A DNA stretch of 64,000 nt from Chloroflexota bacterium. GTDB lineage: Bacteria; Chloroflexota; Dehalococcoidia; UBA2979. The stretch spans positions 1-64,000 of the forward strand of contig JAQCIU010000003.1 in NCBI GenBank assembly GCA_027593235.1, read 5' to 3'. Below the pieces are notes generated by a model. It was given only the letters and a program-made list of their open reading frames with translations. It was not told the origin of the DNA and did not search any database. Shown piece after piece: positions 38,387-47,898 of the stretch (position 1 is its first letter; every line of letters starts with the position of its first letter). Made by a program: the position numbers and the translations under genes.

Positions 38387-39004
38387 CTACGGCGCCGCGA
38401 CTGGCGCGATGTGGCCGGGCTCGATACGCGCCGCCGTCGTGACCGCCTCGACGAGGGCCAGTCGCTCCTCGAGGGGCATCGCGATGACCGCGAGGACGTG
38501 CGCGGCGAGGCGCTCGAGGGCGGCGATCGTCGGCGCATCGGTGTAGCGCCCGGCGTCGTCGGACTTGGTGCGAGGCGCGGCGATCCCGAGGTGGTCGACG
38601 ACGTGGGCGCCCTGCCAGGTGAGCGTCTGGATGAGTTGCCGGCGCACGTGTTCACCGCCGGTACTGCCGGCGCTGATCAGCGCGACGGTCTTGCCGTAGA
38701 GATCGCCGGCGCCGACGTTCCAATCGAGGGCGTTCTTGAGCGCGCCGGGGAGTGCGCCGGCGTATTCCGGTGCGGCGATGATCACGGCGTCCGCGCGGGC
38801 GAGGCGGGCGCGGAACGCCAGCACCGGCGGCGTTGGCGCGTCCTCGAGATCGGGGTTGAACGGCGGCATCGAGGCGACCTCGTCCGCTTCGTCGACGGCG
38901 ACGCCGTCACGCGCGAGGAGCGCGGCGCGCACGACATCGAGGGCGGATCGATTCGCGGAGTGTGCCTGCAGGCTGCCGCTGATCAGGAGGATGTTCGTCG
39001 TCAT
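38387..39004 (-). CDS. NADPH-dependent FMN reductase
   Basis: ISGSL..S.N, ADAVIIAAPEY, PGALKNALDW. Confidence 0.9.
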   Translation of the reverse strand: MTTNILLISGSLQAHSANRSALDVVRAALLARDGVAVDEADEVASMPPFNPDLEDAPTPPVLAFRARLARADAVIIAAPEYAGALPGALKNALDWNVGAGDLYGKTVALISAGSTGGEHVRRQLIQTLTWQGAHVVDHLGIAAPRTKSDDAGRYTDAPTIAALERLAAHVLAVIAMPLEERLALVEAVTTAARIEPGHIAPVAAP

Positions 39005-39136
39005 CGATCCAGCGTACGCCTCGCGTCGAGTCGCGCCGTGTGGCCGCGAAGCGGGCTCGGAAGCGGATTCGGAAGCGGGGCCGGTGCACCGGTGTTCCTC
39101 GATGCTGGCGGTGGCTGGGGGAACGCTCGGCGAAAG

Positions 39137-39175
39137 TCTCAGCAGAGGTTTAGGGGCATCTCAGAGTTCCCTTAG
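39137..39175 (+). promoter_or_regulatory. Four 11-bp-phased hexamers: OmpR-family (MprA-box-like) binding site
   Basis: TCTCAG 39137, GTTTAG 39148, TCTCAG 39159, CCTTAG 39170, upstream of an operon with an OmpR-family regulator. Confidence 0.7.
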
Positions 39176-39237
39176 ACGCGGGGCCGAATCTGATTTCAAC
39201 GCACAACGCGTACAGGAGATTCGACGAGGAGAGAACG

Positions 39238-40011
39238 ATGGGTTGGAAGAGCAAGGTTCCGTTGATCGGTGGTCTGGGGTTGGTTGCGATCGGTGGCGTG
39301 GCGATGGCTGCGCCGGTGGCGAGCGCGGCTTCGGTTTCCGGCGACGTGGTCAGCGCCGCGATGCAACAGATCAGCGGCGACGAGGGCGCGCACCCCTTCG
39401 CCGGGCAGCGTCACCACCGTGGGATGCGCGGCCAGGCGATCGCCGAGGAGCTGGGCATTGAGGTGGAGGTCTACCGCGACGCGGTGAAGGCCGTGATTGC
39501 CGACCGGATCGCGGACGGCGAGGAGCGCCCGGTCTGGGCGGACCTCACGCCGGCGGAGCGGCTGGAGACGCGCGCGGAGTTCACCGCCGACGTGGCCGCC
39601 GAGCTGGGGATCAGCGCGGACGATCTCCAGGCGGCGCACGACACGGTGTTTGCGGCGAAGCTGGCCGAGGCCGTGGAGGATGGGCGGCTGACGCAGGCCG
39701 AGGCCGACGAGATGCAGGCCGCATACGAGGACGGCACGCTCTTCGACGTGGCGCAGGACCGGCGGATCGACGCGCTGGGCGACCGGCTGGAGCAGCTCCT
39801 GGAGAACGGCTTCATCGATGACGCGCAGTACGATGCGCTGCAGGCGGAGCTGGACGACAAGGACCTGCGCGGCTTCCACGAACTGCTCCGCGAGTACCGC
39901 GAGGCGAACGGGTTCGAGGGCCGATGGTTCCGCGGGATGCGCGGTGGACCGGCGGGCCTCGATGGTCTGGGGGCGGACGTGGCCGCCGAGCTCGAAGGGA
40001 TCTCGCTGTAG
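39238..40011 (+). CDS. Exported acidic helical hypothetical protein
   Basis: GAGGAG RBS, signal peptide, repeated [22 protein letters not shown] and GFIDDAQYD helices. Confidence 0.8.
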   Translation: MGWKSKVPLIGGLGLVAIGGVAMAAPVASAASVSGDVVSAAMQQISGDEGAHPFAGQRHHRGMRGQAIAEELGIEVEVYRDAVKAVIADRIADGEERPVWADLTPAERLETRAEFTADVAAELGISADDLQAAHDTVFAAKLAEAVEDGRLTQAEADEMQAAYEDGTLFDVAQDRRIDALGDRLEQLLENGFIDDAQYDALQAELDDKDLRGFHELLREYREANGFEGRWFRGMRGGPAGLDGLGADVAAELEGISL

Positions 40012-40013
40012 AT

Positions 40014-40697
40014 CTGCAAGCTGACGTTCTGGTCGTCGATGACGACCCGGCGATCATCGTCGCCCTCGAACGCGGTCTCCGCGTCGAGGGCTTCGATGTG
40101 CGCAGCGCCAACGGTGGCGTGGCGGCGCTTCACGCCGTCGACGAACGAGAGCCGGACGTGATGGTCCTGGACATCAACATGCCAGATCTGGATGGCGTAA
40201 GCGTGACACGGACGCTGCGCGCGAACGGCCACGAGGTGCCGATCTGCATCCTCTCCGCGAACGACGAGGTCTCGGACCGCGTCGCCGGGCTGGAGGCGGG
40301 GGCGGACGACTACCTCGTGAAGCCGTTCGCGCTGCCGGAGCTGGTCGCGCGGCTACGGGCGCTGCTCCGGCGCGCGCGTGCTGCGGCTACCGAGGATGGC
40401 GATCGGATCGAGGTAGGCGACCTGGTGGTCGATCCGGCGCGGCGACTGGTGCTGCGCGGCGATCGCGAGATCGAGTTCACCCGCCGCGAGTTCGATCTCC
40501 TGGAGTTGCTCGCCCGCAACGCGGGGATCGTGCTTTCGCGATCGCAGCTCCTGGAGCGCGTCTGGGGCTACGACTTCGAGGTGGACAGCAACGTCGTCGA
40601 TGTCTTTGTCGGGTATCTGCGGCGGAAGCTCGAGGCGGCAGGCGAGCAGCGGCTGGTGCAGACGGTGCGCGGCATCGGGTTCGTGCTGCGGCCATGA
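40014..40697 (+). CDS. OmpR-family response regulator (PrrA/MprA-like)
   Basis: [62 protein letters not shown]; probable CTG start. Confidence 0.92.
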   Translation: MQADVLVVDDDPAIIVALERGLRVEGFDVRSANGGVAALHAVDEREPDVMVLDINMPDLDGVSVTRTLRANGHEVPICILSANDEVSDRVAGLEAGADDYLVKPFALPELVARLRALLRRARAAATEDGDRIEVGDLVVDPARRLVLRGDREIEFTRREFDLLELLARNAGIVLSRSQLLERVWGYDFEVDSNVVDVFVGYLRRKLEAAGEQRLVQTVRGIGFVLRP

Positions 40698-42070
40698 GCC
40701 TGCGCACGCGCGTTTCGCTGGCCGCGGTGCTTGCGACCGTGGCGGCCGTGTTGCTGGCGGGGATCGCGATCCTCGGGTTCACGACACGTACGCAGACGGC
40801 GGACCTCGATCGCGAGTTGGAGGCGCAGTTGGAGCAATTGCGACGTCAGGGCGTGGCGGCGCTGCTCGATCTGCGACAGGTGCCGCGACCGGCGCAGCGG
40901 AGCGATCTCAACTTTGGCGTGCGCGTCCTCAACGGCGAGACGGTGCTCTTCGAGAGCGAGTTCCCGAGCATCGACGAGGAGGCGCCGGAGGGCTTCTCCG
41001 AGCAGTCCGCGGGCGACGAGCAGTGGCGCGTGCTGTCCCGGCCAGTGCGTGTCGCGCCTCGGGTGATCGAGGAGCCGCTGACGATCGAGGTGGCCGCGTC
41101 GATGGCCGGCATCGAAGCGACGCTGAAGGGCCTACGACGGCTGTTGTTCTTCGTGGGCCTGCTGTCGATCGGCGGCGCGGGCCTTGGTGGCTGGGTGCTG
41201 GGAGCCGTCGCGATGCGCCCGCTGGCGGGGCTGCGCCGCGAGGCCGAGCGCGTCAGCGAGACCGCCGACCTGAGCGTCCGCGTTCCCGTCGATCAAGGCC
41301 CGTCCGAGGTGGATGACCTGGCGCGGAGCCTGAACGTGATGCTCGAACGGATCGAGGAGGGCGCGCAGCAGACGCAGGCGGCGCTCGACGCCTCGCGCGG
41401 GTTCGCCGGCAACGTGGCGCACGAACTGCGCACGCCACTGACCAGCATGCAGACCAACCTCGAGGTGCTCGCCGCCAACCCTGATCTGGCGGCCGCGGAG
41501 CGGGCCGCGATCGTGACTGACGTGGTGGCGCAGCAGCGGCGCCTGCTGGAAGCCCTCGAGGCGCTGCGGCTCCTCGCGCGCGGCGATCTCGCGGCCGCGG
41601 ATCTGTTCGAGGTGAGCGACCTCGCGGAGTTGATCGACGCCGCGGTGGCGCAGGCGCGCGGTCGCTTTCCGGAGGCGACGATCGAGCTGACCGTCCCATC
41701 GGACCCGCCACCGACCGCGGTCTGGCCGGAGGGCGTGCGGGTGCTGGTGGACAACCTGATTCGCAATGCGGTGACACACGGGACGCGTCCCGGCGTTGCG
41801 CCGCTGGCGCGGATCGCGCTGACGCATGACGCCACTGAGTGGGTACTTGCGGTTGAGGACGGCGGCGACGGCATCCCGATCGAAGAGCGCGCGCGGGTTC
41901 TCGAACGGTTCGCGCGTGGGAGCGGGGCGCGCTCCGCGGGGAGCGGCCTGGGGCTCGCGCTGGTGGCACAGCAGGCCGAGCTGCACGGGGGACGCGTGGT
42001 GATCGGTGACGCCTCGGGCGGGGGCGCGCGGATCGAGGTGCGGGTGCCGCTGCGGGGAGTCGGGCGCTAG
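40694..42070 (+). CDS. HAMP sensor histidine kinase (PrrB/MprB-like)
   Basis: Two TMs, [42 protein letters not shown]. Confidence 0.93.
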   Translation: MSLRTRVSLAAVLATVAAVLLAGIAILGFTTRTQTADLDRELEAQLEQLRRQGVAALLDLRQVPRPAQRSDLNFGVRVLNGETVLFESEFPSIDEEAPEGFSEQSAGDEQWRVLSRPVRVAPRVIEEPLTIEVAASMAGIEATLKGLRRLLFFVGLLSIGGAGLGGWVLGAVAMRPLAGLRREAERVSETADLSVRVPVDQGPSEVDDLARSLNVMLERIEEGAQQTQAALDASRGFAGNVAHELRTPLTSMQTNLEVLAANPDLAAAERAAIVTDVVAQQRRLLEALEALRLLARGDLAAADLFEVSDLAELIDAAVAQARGRFPEATIELTVPSDPPPTAVWPEGVRVLVDNLIRNAVTHGTRPGVAPLARIALTHDATEWVLAVEDGGDGIPIEERARVLERFARGSGARSAGSGLGLALVAQQAELHGGRVVIGDASGGGARIEVRVPLRGVGR

Positions 42071-43167
42071 CCGGCCATGCCCTGGTTCGGTCGTGCGTTG
42101 GCGCGTGCCAGGGTGGTATCCAGCAGCCGCTCCATCTCGTCGACGAAGCGGTTCCAGCCGAAGCGTTCGCGGGCCAGCGTGCGTCCGCGTCGCCCGAGAT
42201 CGGCGGCAGCGCCGGGTTCGGAGAGCAGACGACGGGCGGCGCCGGCAATGGCGGCGGGATCCTCGGGAACGACGAGCAGGCCGTTCCCCTCCTGTTCGAT
42301 CACCTCGGTCAGTCCGCCGATCGCGGAGGCGATCACCGGTCGCAGCAGTTGTCCACCGAGGATGGCGATCGCGCAGGACGAGACCGGCACCCGCGCCGGT
42401 ACGACGACCAGGCTCACCTGGTTGACGATCGCGGGCAGTCGCGAGGTTGCGACGTTCCCTCGGAATGAGACGGCCTGACCGAGTCCGAGGGCAGCGGCCT
42501 GAGCCTGCAGCGCGTCGCGCTCGGGGCCATCGCCGACGATCACGAGTTCCGCGGTGCGGATGCGCTCGCGGATCTCGGCGAGCGCGTCGATCGCGACGTC
42601 GAAGCCGGAGTCACGGGTGAGCGGTCCCACGCAGAGCAGCGTCGGCCGCTTGAGGAGGCGCGGTCCGGGCGCCAGTTCGGTCAGTGGCAGCCCGGCACGG
42701 ACGACCGTCGTTCGCGCCGCACTGTCGCGCGCGACCGCGCGAAGCTGGCCGGCCAGGGTTTCGGTGTCGACCACAATCGCGGCGGCGTACTGGAGCAACG
42801 CGCCTTCGATGTTGCCGTCCTCGTGCGTGTTGTTCGCGAGCGGGCCGTGAATCGAGACGGCGAGCGGGCGTCCATCGCGGCGCGCGACCTCGAGGGCGAG
42901 CGCGGAGAGCGGGCCGCCTGTCTCGACGAGATCGATGTCCGGGGATTCGGCGACGGGGGCCGGGAGCGCGGTGGCGTCCGTCCCGACGGTTGCGTCGACG
43001 CGGTGGATCGACAGTCGTTCACTGACGATGGCGTCCGCCGGTCGATCGCTCCGCGGGGCGACGAGGGTGACGGTGTGGCCGCGAGCGGCCAGTGCCGGGG
43101 CCAGACGCGCGGCGACGTCATCGAGGTCGTCGAGGTCGAACTGGCCGGACCAGTAGCGGATACGCAC
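42067..43167 (-). CDS. GT4 family glycosyltransferase (degenerate motifs)
   Basis: LAARGHTVT, LLCVGPL, IVGDGPER, PVIASAIGGLTEVI, GLLV; GTG after AGAAGGA. Confidence 0.8.
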   Translation of the reverse strand: MRIRYWSGQFDLDDLDDVAARLAPALAARGHTVTLVAPRSDRPADAIVSERLSIHRVDATVGTDATALPAPVAESPDIDLVETGGPLSALALEVARRDGRPLAVSIHGPLANNTHEDGNIEGALLQYAAAIVVDTETLAGQLRAVARDSAARTTVVRAGLPLTELAPGPRLLKRPTLLCVGPLTRDSGFDVAIDALAEIRERIRTAELVIVGDGPERDALQAQAAALGLGQAVSFRGNVATSRLPAIVNQVSLVVVPARVPVSSCAIAILGGQLLRPVIASAIGGLTEVIEQEGNGLLVVPEDPAAIAGAARRLLSEPGAAADLGRRGRTLARERFGWNRFVDEMERLLDTTLARANARPNQGMAG

Positions 43168-43324
43168 CGGGAATCCTTCTGTTGGCAAACGGTTGGCGGT
43201 TCCCGCAAGGCTGGTGACCGCAGGATTCAGAACGAATAAGAAGTTAACCACCGACTGACGCCGGCCGCGCTGGTACAGGGTAATCTTCGGTCGCTTGCGT
43301 CCTGAACGCATCAAAGGAGCGCAC

Positions 43325-44050
43325 GTGACTCTCGTGATTTCGCATCGCACGCAGATGGGTTCGATGCCGGAGAACACGATCGCCGGCATCGAAGCGGCGA
43401 TTGCGAGCGGTGCGGATGGCATCGAGATCGACGTGCGCGCGACCGCTGACGGCACGCTGGTGCTGATGCACGACGCGACGCTGCAACGGACGGTTAGCGA
43501 TCCACGATTGCTCGCGGACGTCACGTTCGAGGAGTCACGAGGGCTCGCAGTCCTCGATCCGTTCGCGGGCGCGGGTGCGCAGCCGATCCCGACCTTCGAC
43601 GAGACGTTGGCCTGCGTGGCCGGGCGTGCGTTGCTGGTGATCGAGCTGAAGGAAGCGGGCCTGGAGGAGCGTGTCGCGGCGGCGGTGCGCGCGCACCACG
43701 CGGCGGGGTGGTCCTGGATCTGGTGCTTCGACGCCGACGTGGTGGCGCGAGCGCGCGAGGTACTGCCGGAGGTGCCGGGCTGGCTGAACTGGTCCGCGCG
43801 TGGCGCGGCGCGGATTGGCGGTGAAGACCCGATCGAGCTGTCGCGACGGATCGGCGCGGCCGGTATCAGCGTGAACCACCTCGATCTGGACGCAGCCCTC
43901 GTGGACCGCGCGCGACGGCGTGGCCTGCTCACGGCGACGTGGACGGTCAACGAGGCGGAGTCGCTCGCGCGGGCGCGGGACTCTGGCGTCGACGCGATTT
44001 GCGGCGACTTCCCGGATCGCACCCGTGCCGTACTCGGCGGTGCCGGGTGA
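43325..44050 (+). CDS. Glycerophosphodiester phosphodiesterase
   Basis: SHR, PENT, GADGIEIDVRATADG..VLMHD..L.RT, IELK, WTVN, GVDAICGDFPD. Confidence 0.92.
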   Translation: MTLVISHRTQMGSMPENTIAGIEAAIASGADGIEIDVRATADGTLVLMHDATLQRTVSDPRLLADVTFEESRGLAVLDPFAGAGAQPIPTFDETLACVAGRALLVIELKEAGLEERVAAAVRAHHAAGWSWIWCFDADVVARAREVLPEVPGWLNWSARGAARIGGEDPIELSRRIGAAGISVNHLDLDAALVDRARRRGLLTATWTVNEAESLARARDSGVDAICGDFPDRTRAVLGGAG

Positions 44051-44057
44051 TCCGAGG

Positions 44058-45299
44058 ATGACCGCGTCGCCGGCGGCGACCGAGCCAGCCGGGCCATCCG
44101 TACCGCCCGGGCGCGGCAATATTCTCGAGGTGTTCCTTGTCGCGCTGCGGCTCGGATTCACGTCCTTTGGCGGGCCGGTCGCCCACCTCGGATACTTCCG
44201 CGAAGAGTACGTGCAGCGCCGTCGCTGGCTGGACGACGCGGCGTACGCGGATCTCGTGGCGCTCTGCCAGTTCCTGCCGGGTCCCGCCAGCTCGCAGGTC
44301 GGGATCGCGATTGGCGCGTTGCGCGCCGGGTGGCTTGGCGGCTTCGTGGCGTGGTTCGCTTTCACCGCGCCCTCCGCGATCGCCCTCGTGCTGTTCGGAC
44401 TCGCCGTCGAGGAGTTCGAGTTGGCGGATGCGGGCTGGCTGCACGGGCTGAAGATCGCGGCCGTGGCGGTGGTGGCAAACGCAATCTGGGGGATGGCGCG
44501 CAACCTGACACCAGATCGCGAACGGATCACCCTCGCGGTGATCGCCGCCGCTGTCGTGCTGATCGAGCGCACGGCACTGACACAGGTGCTGGTGATCGTC
44601 GCCGGGGCGGCGATCGGCTGGCGCCTCTTCCCGGCGGCGGTCATCGAGGTGGTGCCGCCGACTGTCCGCCGTGGCGGCTTCGGGATGAAGGTGGCGGTTG
44701 CGGCCTGGGTGCTGTTCTTCGGGCTGCTGATCGGCCTGCCAATCGCGAGACAGTTCTCCGACGCGCAGCCGCTGGCGCTGTTCGACAGCTTCTATCGGGC
44801 GGGGTCACTGGTCTTCGGCGGCGGGCACGTGGTGCTGCCGCTGATCGAGTCCGAGGTAGTCACGCCCGGCTGGCTCAGCCGCGACGAGTTCATCGCCGGG
44901 TACGGCGCGGCGCAGGCCGTTCCGGGCCCATTGTTCGCCTTCTCCGCCTACCTCGGAGCGATCGCCGATCCGCGACCGAACGGCTGGGCCGGCGCCTCGA
45001 TTGCCCTCGGCGCCATCTATCTGCCCTCGTTCCTGTTGCTTGCGGGGACGCTCCCGCTCTGGGAGCGGCTGCGCGCGCGCCCCGAGGTGCAGTCGTCGCT
45101 CAAAGGCGTCGGGGCGGCGGTGGTCGGGCTGCTGGTGGCGGCGATGTACGAACCGGTGTGGACCAGCGCGATCCTCGCTCCGAAGGACTTCGCGTTGGCC
45201 CTCGTGGCGTTCGGGCTGCTCATCGCCTGGTGGTTGCCCGCGTGGGCGATCGTGCTGGTGGCGGCAGCCGGCGGGGAGCTGATCGCGGCCACGGCGTAG
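44058..45299 (+). CDS. chrA: Chromate ion transporter (CHR family, long chain)
   Basis: LGFTSFGGPVAHLGYFR, CQFLPGPASSQ, GSLVFGGGHVVLP, AQAVPGPLF. Confidence 0.94.
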   Translation: MTASPAATEPAGPSVPPGRGNILEVFLVALRLGFTSFGGPVAHLGYFREEYVQRRRWLDDAAYADLVALCQFLPGPASSQVGIAIGALRAGWLGGFVAWFAFTAPSAIALVLFGLAVEEFELADAGWLHGLKIAAVAVVANAIWGMARNLTPDRERITLAVIAAAVVLIERTALTQVLVIVAGAAIGWRLFPAAVIEVVPPTVRRGGFGMKVAVAAWVLFFGLLIGLPIARQFSDAQPLALFDSFYRAGSLVFGGGHVVLPLIESEVVTPGWLSRDEFIAGYGAAQAVPGPLFAFSAYLGAIADPRPNGWAGASIALGAIYLPSFLLLAGTLPLWERLRARPEVQSSLKGVGAAVVGLLVAAMYEPVWTSAILAPKDFALALVAFGLLIAWWLPAWAIVLVAAAGGELIAATA

Positions 45300-45377
45300 G
45301 CGGCGGCGCGCGCTGGTACGGCCCGTCGCGATTCATCTCCGACAGAACGAGCGCGGCCCGAGGCGTAGCATGCTTGG

Positions 45378-46667
45378 ATGATCGCCCGCTGGTATCAAAC
45401 GACGTTTGAAGCGCTCGGCGTACGCGACTATCGCGTGCTCTGGTGGGGCAGCACCCTCGCCACCCTGGCGTTCATGATGACGCGCACCGTCCAGAGCGTG
45501 GTCGCATTCGACCTGGCGGGGAACAGCACCGCGGTCGGGATCGTGGCCCTCGGTAGCGGCATCGCGATGATCTTCATCGGGCCGCTGGGCGGTGTGCTCG
45601 CGGATCGGTTGTCGAAGCGGTTGGTGCTGCTCTTCGGTCAGTCCCTCGTCGGGATCTGTTTTGCGACCATTGGCGTGCTGATCATTACCGACGTGATCGC
45701 GCTCTGGATGCTGGTGGCCCTGTCCTTCGTGATGGGGATATCGTTCTCGTTCATTGGTCCGACCCGGCAGGCCTACGTGGGCGAGCTGGTGGATCGCGAT
45801 TTGTTGCCGAACGCCGTCGCGCTCAGCCAGCTCTCGCAGGGTTTCTCGCGCGTGGTTTCGCCAATGCTCGCCGGCGGCCTGATCGCGCTCTCCGTATCCG
45901 GGACGGGCGGCACCTACCTGGTGATGGGCGCGATCCTGTTCGCGGTCGTCGGGACGATCTCGATGCTGCCGGCCTCGCGGCCGGCCTCCAGCGGCAAGTC
46001 GATCACCGGTGATTTCACCGCTGGCCTGTCGCACGTGCGTGAGCGGCCGCGGCTGTTGGTGCTGATTCTGTCGTTCGTGCTGGTGGTCGTCTTCGGGATG
46101 CCGTACGTCACCGTCTTGCCCGCGCTCCTGGAGTCTGAGTTGGGGCACTCGTCCGAGACGATCGGGATCCTCTTCACGGTCGAGGCGATCGGCGGCCTGG
46201 TCACCGGGCTGTTGGTCGCGGGATCGGTGCGAGGCGCCGGGGCGGCGCGGATCATGTTCGGCCTCGGGATCGTCTTCGGCGTCGCGCTGATCGGCCTGTC
46301 GATTGTTCCCAGTCTTGCGCTGGCGCTCGTCGCGATGTTCTTCATGGGCGTCGGGCTGACCGGGTTTCAGCTCACCAACAACGCGCTGCTGATGATGGAA
46401 GCGGATCAGGAGTACTTCGGGCGGGTGATGTCGCTGGTGATGATCGCCTGGGGCGGTCAGGGCCTGACCGCGTTGCCGATCGGCATCCTCGCGGACCGCA
46501 TCGGCGAGCGGCCGGTGCTCGCGATGGAGGGCGCGGTGATCCTCGCGATCGTGATTGGCTCCGCGTTCGCCTATTCAACCGTCGGCCGCGGCGCCTCGAC
46601 GTCCTCGTGGGCGGCCGCCCGCAAGACGGACACCGAGGCCGGTGGCGCCGTCGCCGGCGGTAGCTAG
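45378..46667 (+). CDS. MFS transporter
   Basis: GGVLADRLSKR motif A, about 12 hydrophobic segments, GRVMS. Confidence 0.9.
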   Translation: MIARWYQTTFEALGVRDYRVLWWGSTLATLAFMMTRTVQSVVAFDLAGNSTAVGIVALGSGIAMIFIGPLGGVLADRLSKRLVLLFGQSLVGICFATIGVLIITDVIALWMLVALSFVMGISFSFIGPTRQAYVGELVDRDLLPNAVALSQLSQGFSRVVSPMLAGGLIALSVSGTGGTYLVMGAILFAVVGTISMLPASRPASSGKSITGDFTAGLSHVRERPRLLVLILSFVLVVVFGMPYVTVLPALLESELGHSSETIGILFTVEAIGGLVTGLLVAGSVRGAGAARIMFGLGIVFGVALIGLSIVPSLALALVAMFFMGVGLTGFQLTNNALLMMEADQEYFGRVMSLVMIAWGGQGLTALPIGILADRIGERPVLAMEGAVILAIVIGSAFAYSTVGRGASTSSWAAARKTDTEAGGAVAGGS

Positions 46668-46672
46668 CGCCA

Positions 46673-47296
46673 GTGGAACCGGGCGATTCGGGCCGGATCG
46701 TTGTCCTCAACGGAGCGCCTCGGTCCGGCAAGTCGAGCATCGCGGCCGTTATCCAGGAATCGTTCGACGGGATCTGGATGAACCTGGGTGCTGACGTGTT
46801 CGTTCGCGAGGTCACGCCGCCCGGGTGGCGGCCGGGAATTGGCCTGCGCCCCGGCGATGAGCGTCCCGAGTTGCGACGGATCGTGCCACGCCTCTATGCG
46901 GCGCTGTACGAATCGATCGCGGCGCACAGCCGGCTTGGCCTCAATGTCGTGGTCGACGTTGGGCACTACGACGAGACGGTGCTCGCCGATTGCGCGCGGC
47001 GTCTCCTGGGATTGCCCGCGTGGTTCGTCGGCGTGCGCTGTCCGATCGAGGTGGTGATGGAGCGTCGGAACGCCGGACAGCCGGGGCGCGCAGGTGAGTA
47101 CGCGACTGGTACTGCCGAGGAGCCCGTGCCTGATCCGGTGCAACGCTGGCAGGACGCCGTGCACATCCCCGGCAGCTACGACCTGGAGGTCGACACCTCG
47201 CTGCTGAGCGCGGAGCAGTGCGCGGCGGAGATTCGAGGCCTGATCGAGACTGGTCGAGGCCCGTCCGCGTTCCAGCGGATCGTCAATCGCAGCTAG
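46673..47296 (+). CDS. Chloramphenicol phosphotransferase (CPT)-like P-loop kinase
   Basis: IVVLNGAPRSGKSS, GLNVVVD, FVGVRCP, RWQDAVH, YDLEVDTS. Confidence 0.88.
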   Translation: MEPGDSGRIVVLNGAPRSGKSSIAAVIQESFDGIWMNLGADVFVREVTPPGWRPGIGLRPGDERPELRRIVPRLYAALYESIAAHSRLGLNVVVDVGHYDETVLADCARRLLGLPAWFVGVRCPIEVVMERRNAGQPGRAGEYATGTAEEPVPDPVQRWQDAVHIPGSYDLEVDTSLLSAEQCAAEIRGLIETGRGPSAFQRIVNRS

Positions 47297-47871
47297 CGCT
47301 TGTCGCGGCCCAGCCACTGCGGTTCCTCGATGGCGGCGCGCGCATTGACGACGCGGGCCATTGCGAACAGCAGATCCGAGAGCCGGTTCAGGTAGCGGAT
47401 GATCGGCCCGGCAACCGCCGCGCCGCGCCCGAGGGTGATCACGCGCCGTTCGGCGCGACGGCAGACGGTACGCGCGTGATGGAGGTGGGCGGCGGCGATG
47501 TGGCCGCCGGGCAGGATGAACCGCACCAGCGGCTCCAGCTCCTCGTCGAGGGCGTCGATCCAGCCCTCGAGGCCGGTGATGTCCTCGTCCGTGACGCGCG
47601 GGCCGACCGGCTGGTCCTTGGCGATGCGCTCCTCGATGTCCGGCGTCGCCAGTTCGCCGCCGATGTCGAAGAGGGCGGACTGGATCGTCGTGAGCCAGCT
47701 GCGGAGGTCGTCGTGGTCGATGGCGGCGGCGCAGACGCCGAGCACGGAGTTCAGCTCGTCGACGGTGCCGTAGGCCTCCAGGCGGGCGTCGTCCTTCGGG
47801 ACGCGCGGTCCGCCGAAGAGGCCGGTCTCACCGGCGTCGCCGGTGCGTGTGTAGATCTTTGGGCTGGACAG
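47293..47871 (-). CDS. pduO: ATP:cob(I)alamin adenosyltransferase, PduO type
   Basis: KIYTRTGDAGET, EAYGTVDELNS, LFDIGGELA, FILPGG, ARTVCRRAER, YLNRLSDLLF; the N-terminal motif requires a CTG start at 47871 after GAGGAG. Confidence 0.92.
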   Translation of the reverse strand: MSSPKIYTRTGDAGETGLFGGPRVPKDDARLEAYGTVDELNSVLGVCAAAIDHDDLRSWLTTIQSALFDIGGELATPDIEERIAKDQPVGPRVTDEDITGLEGWIDALDEELEPLVRFILPGGHIAAAHLHHARTVCRRAERRVITLGRGAAVAGPIIRYLNRLSDLLFAMARVVNARAAIEEPQWLGRDKR

Positions 47872-47898
47872 GGTGGTCTCCTCGGCCGCCTGTGCAGC

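Noticed and set aside
39047-39079. GAAGCGG three times at 12-bp spacing
   Set aside because: Short, low-complexity and GC-rich; chance cannot be excluded
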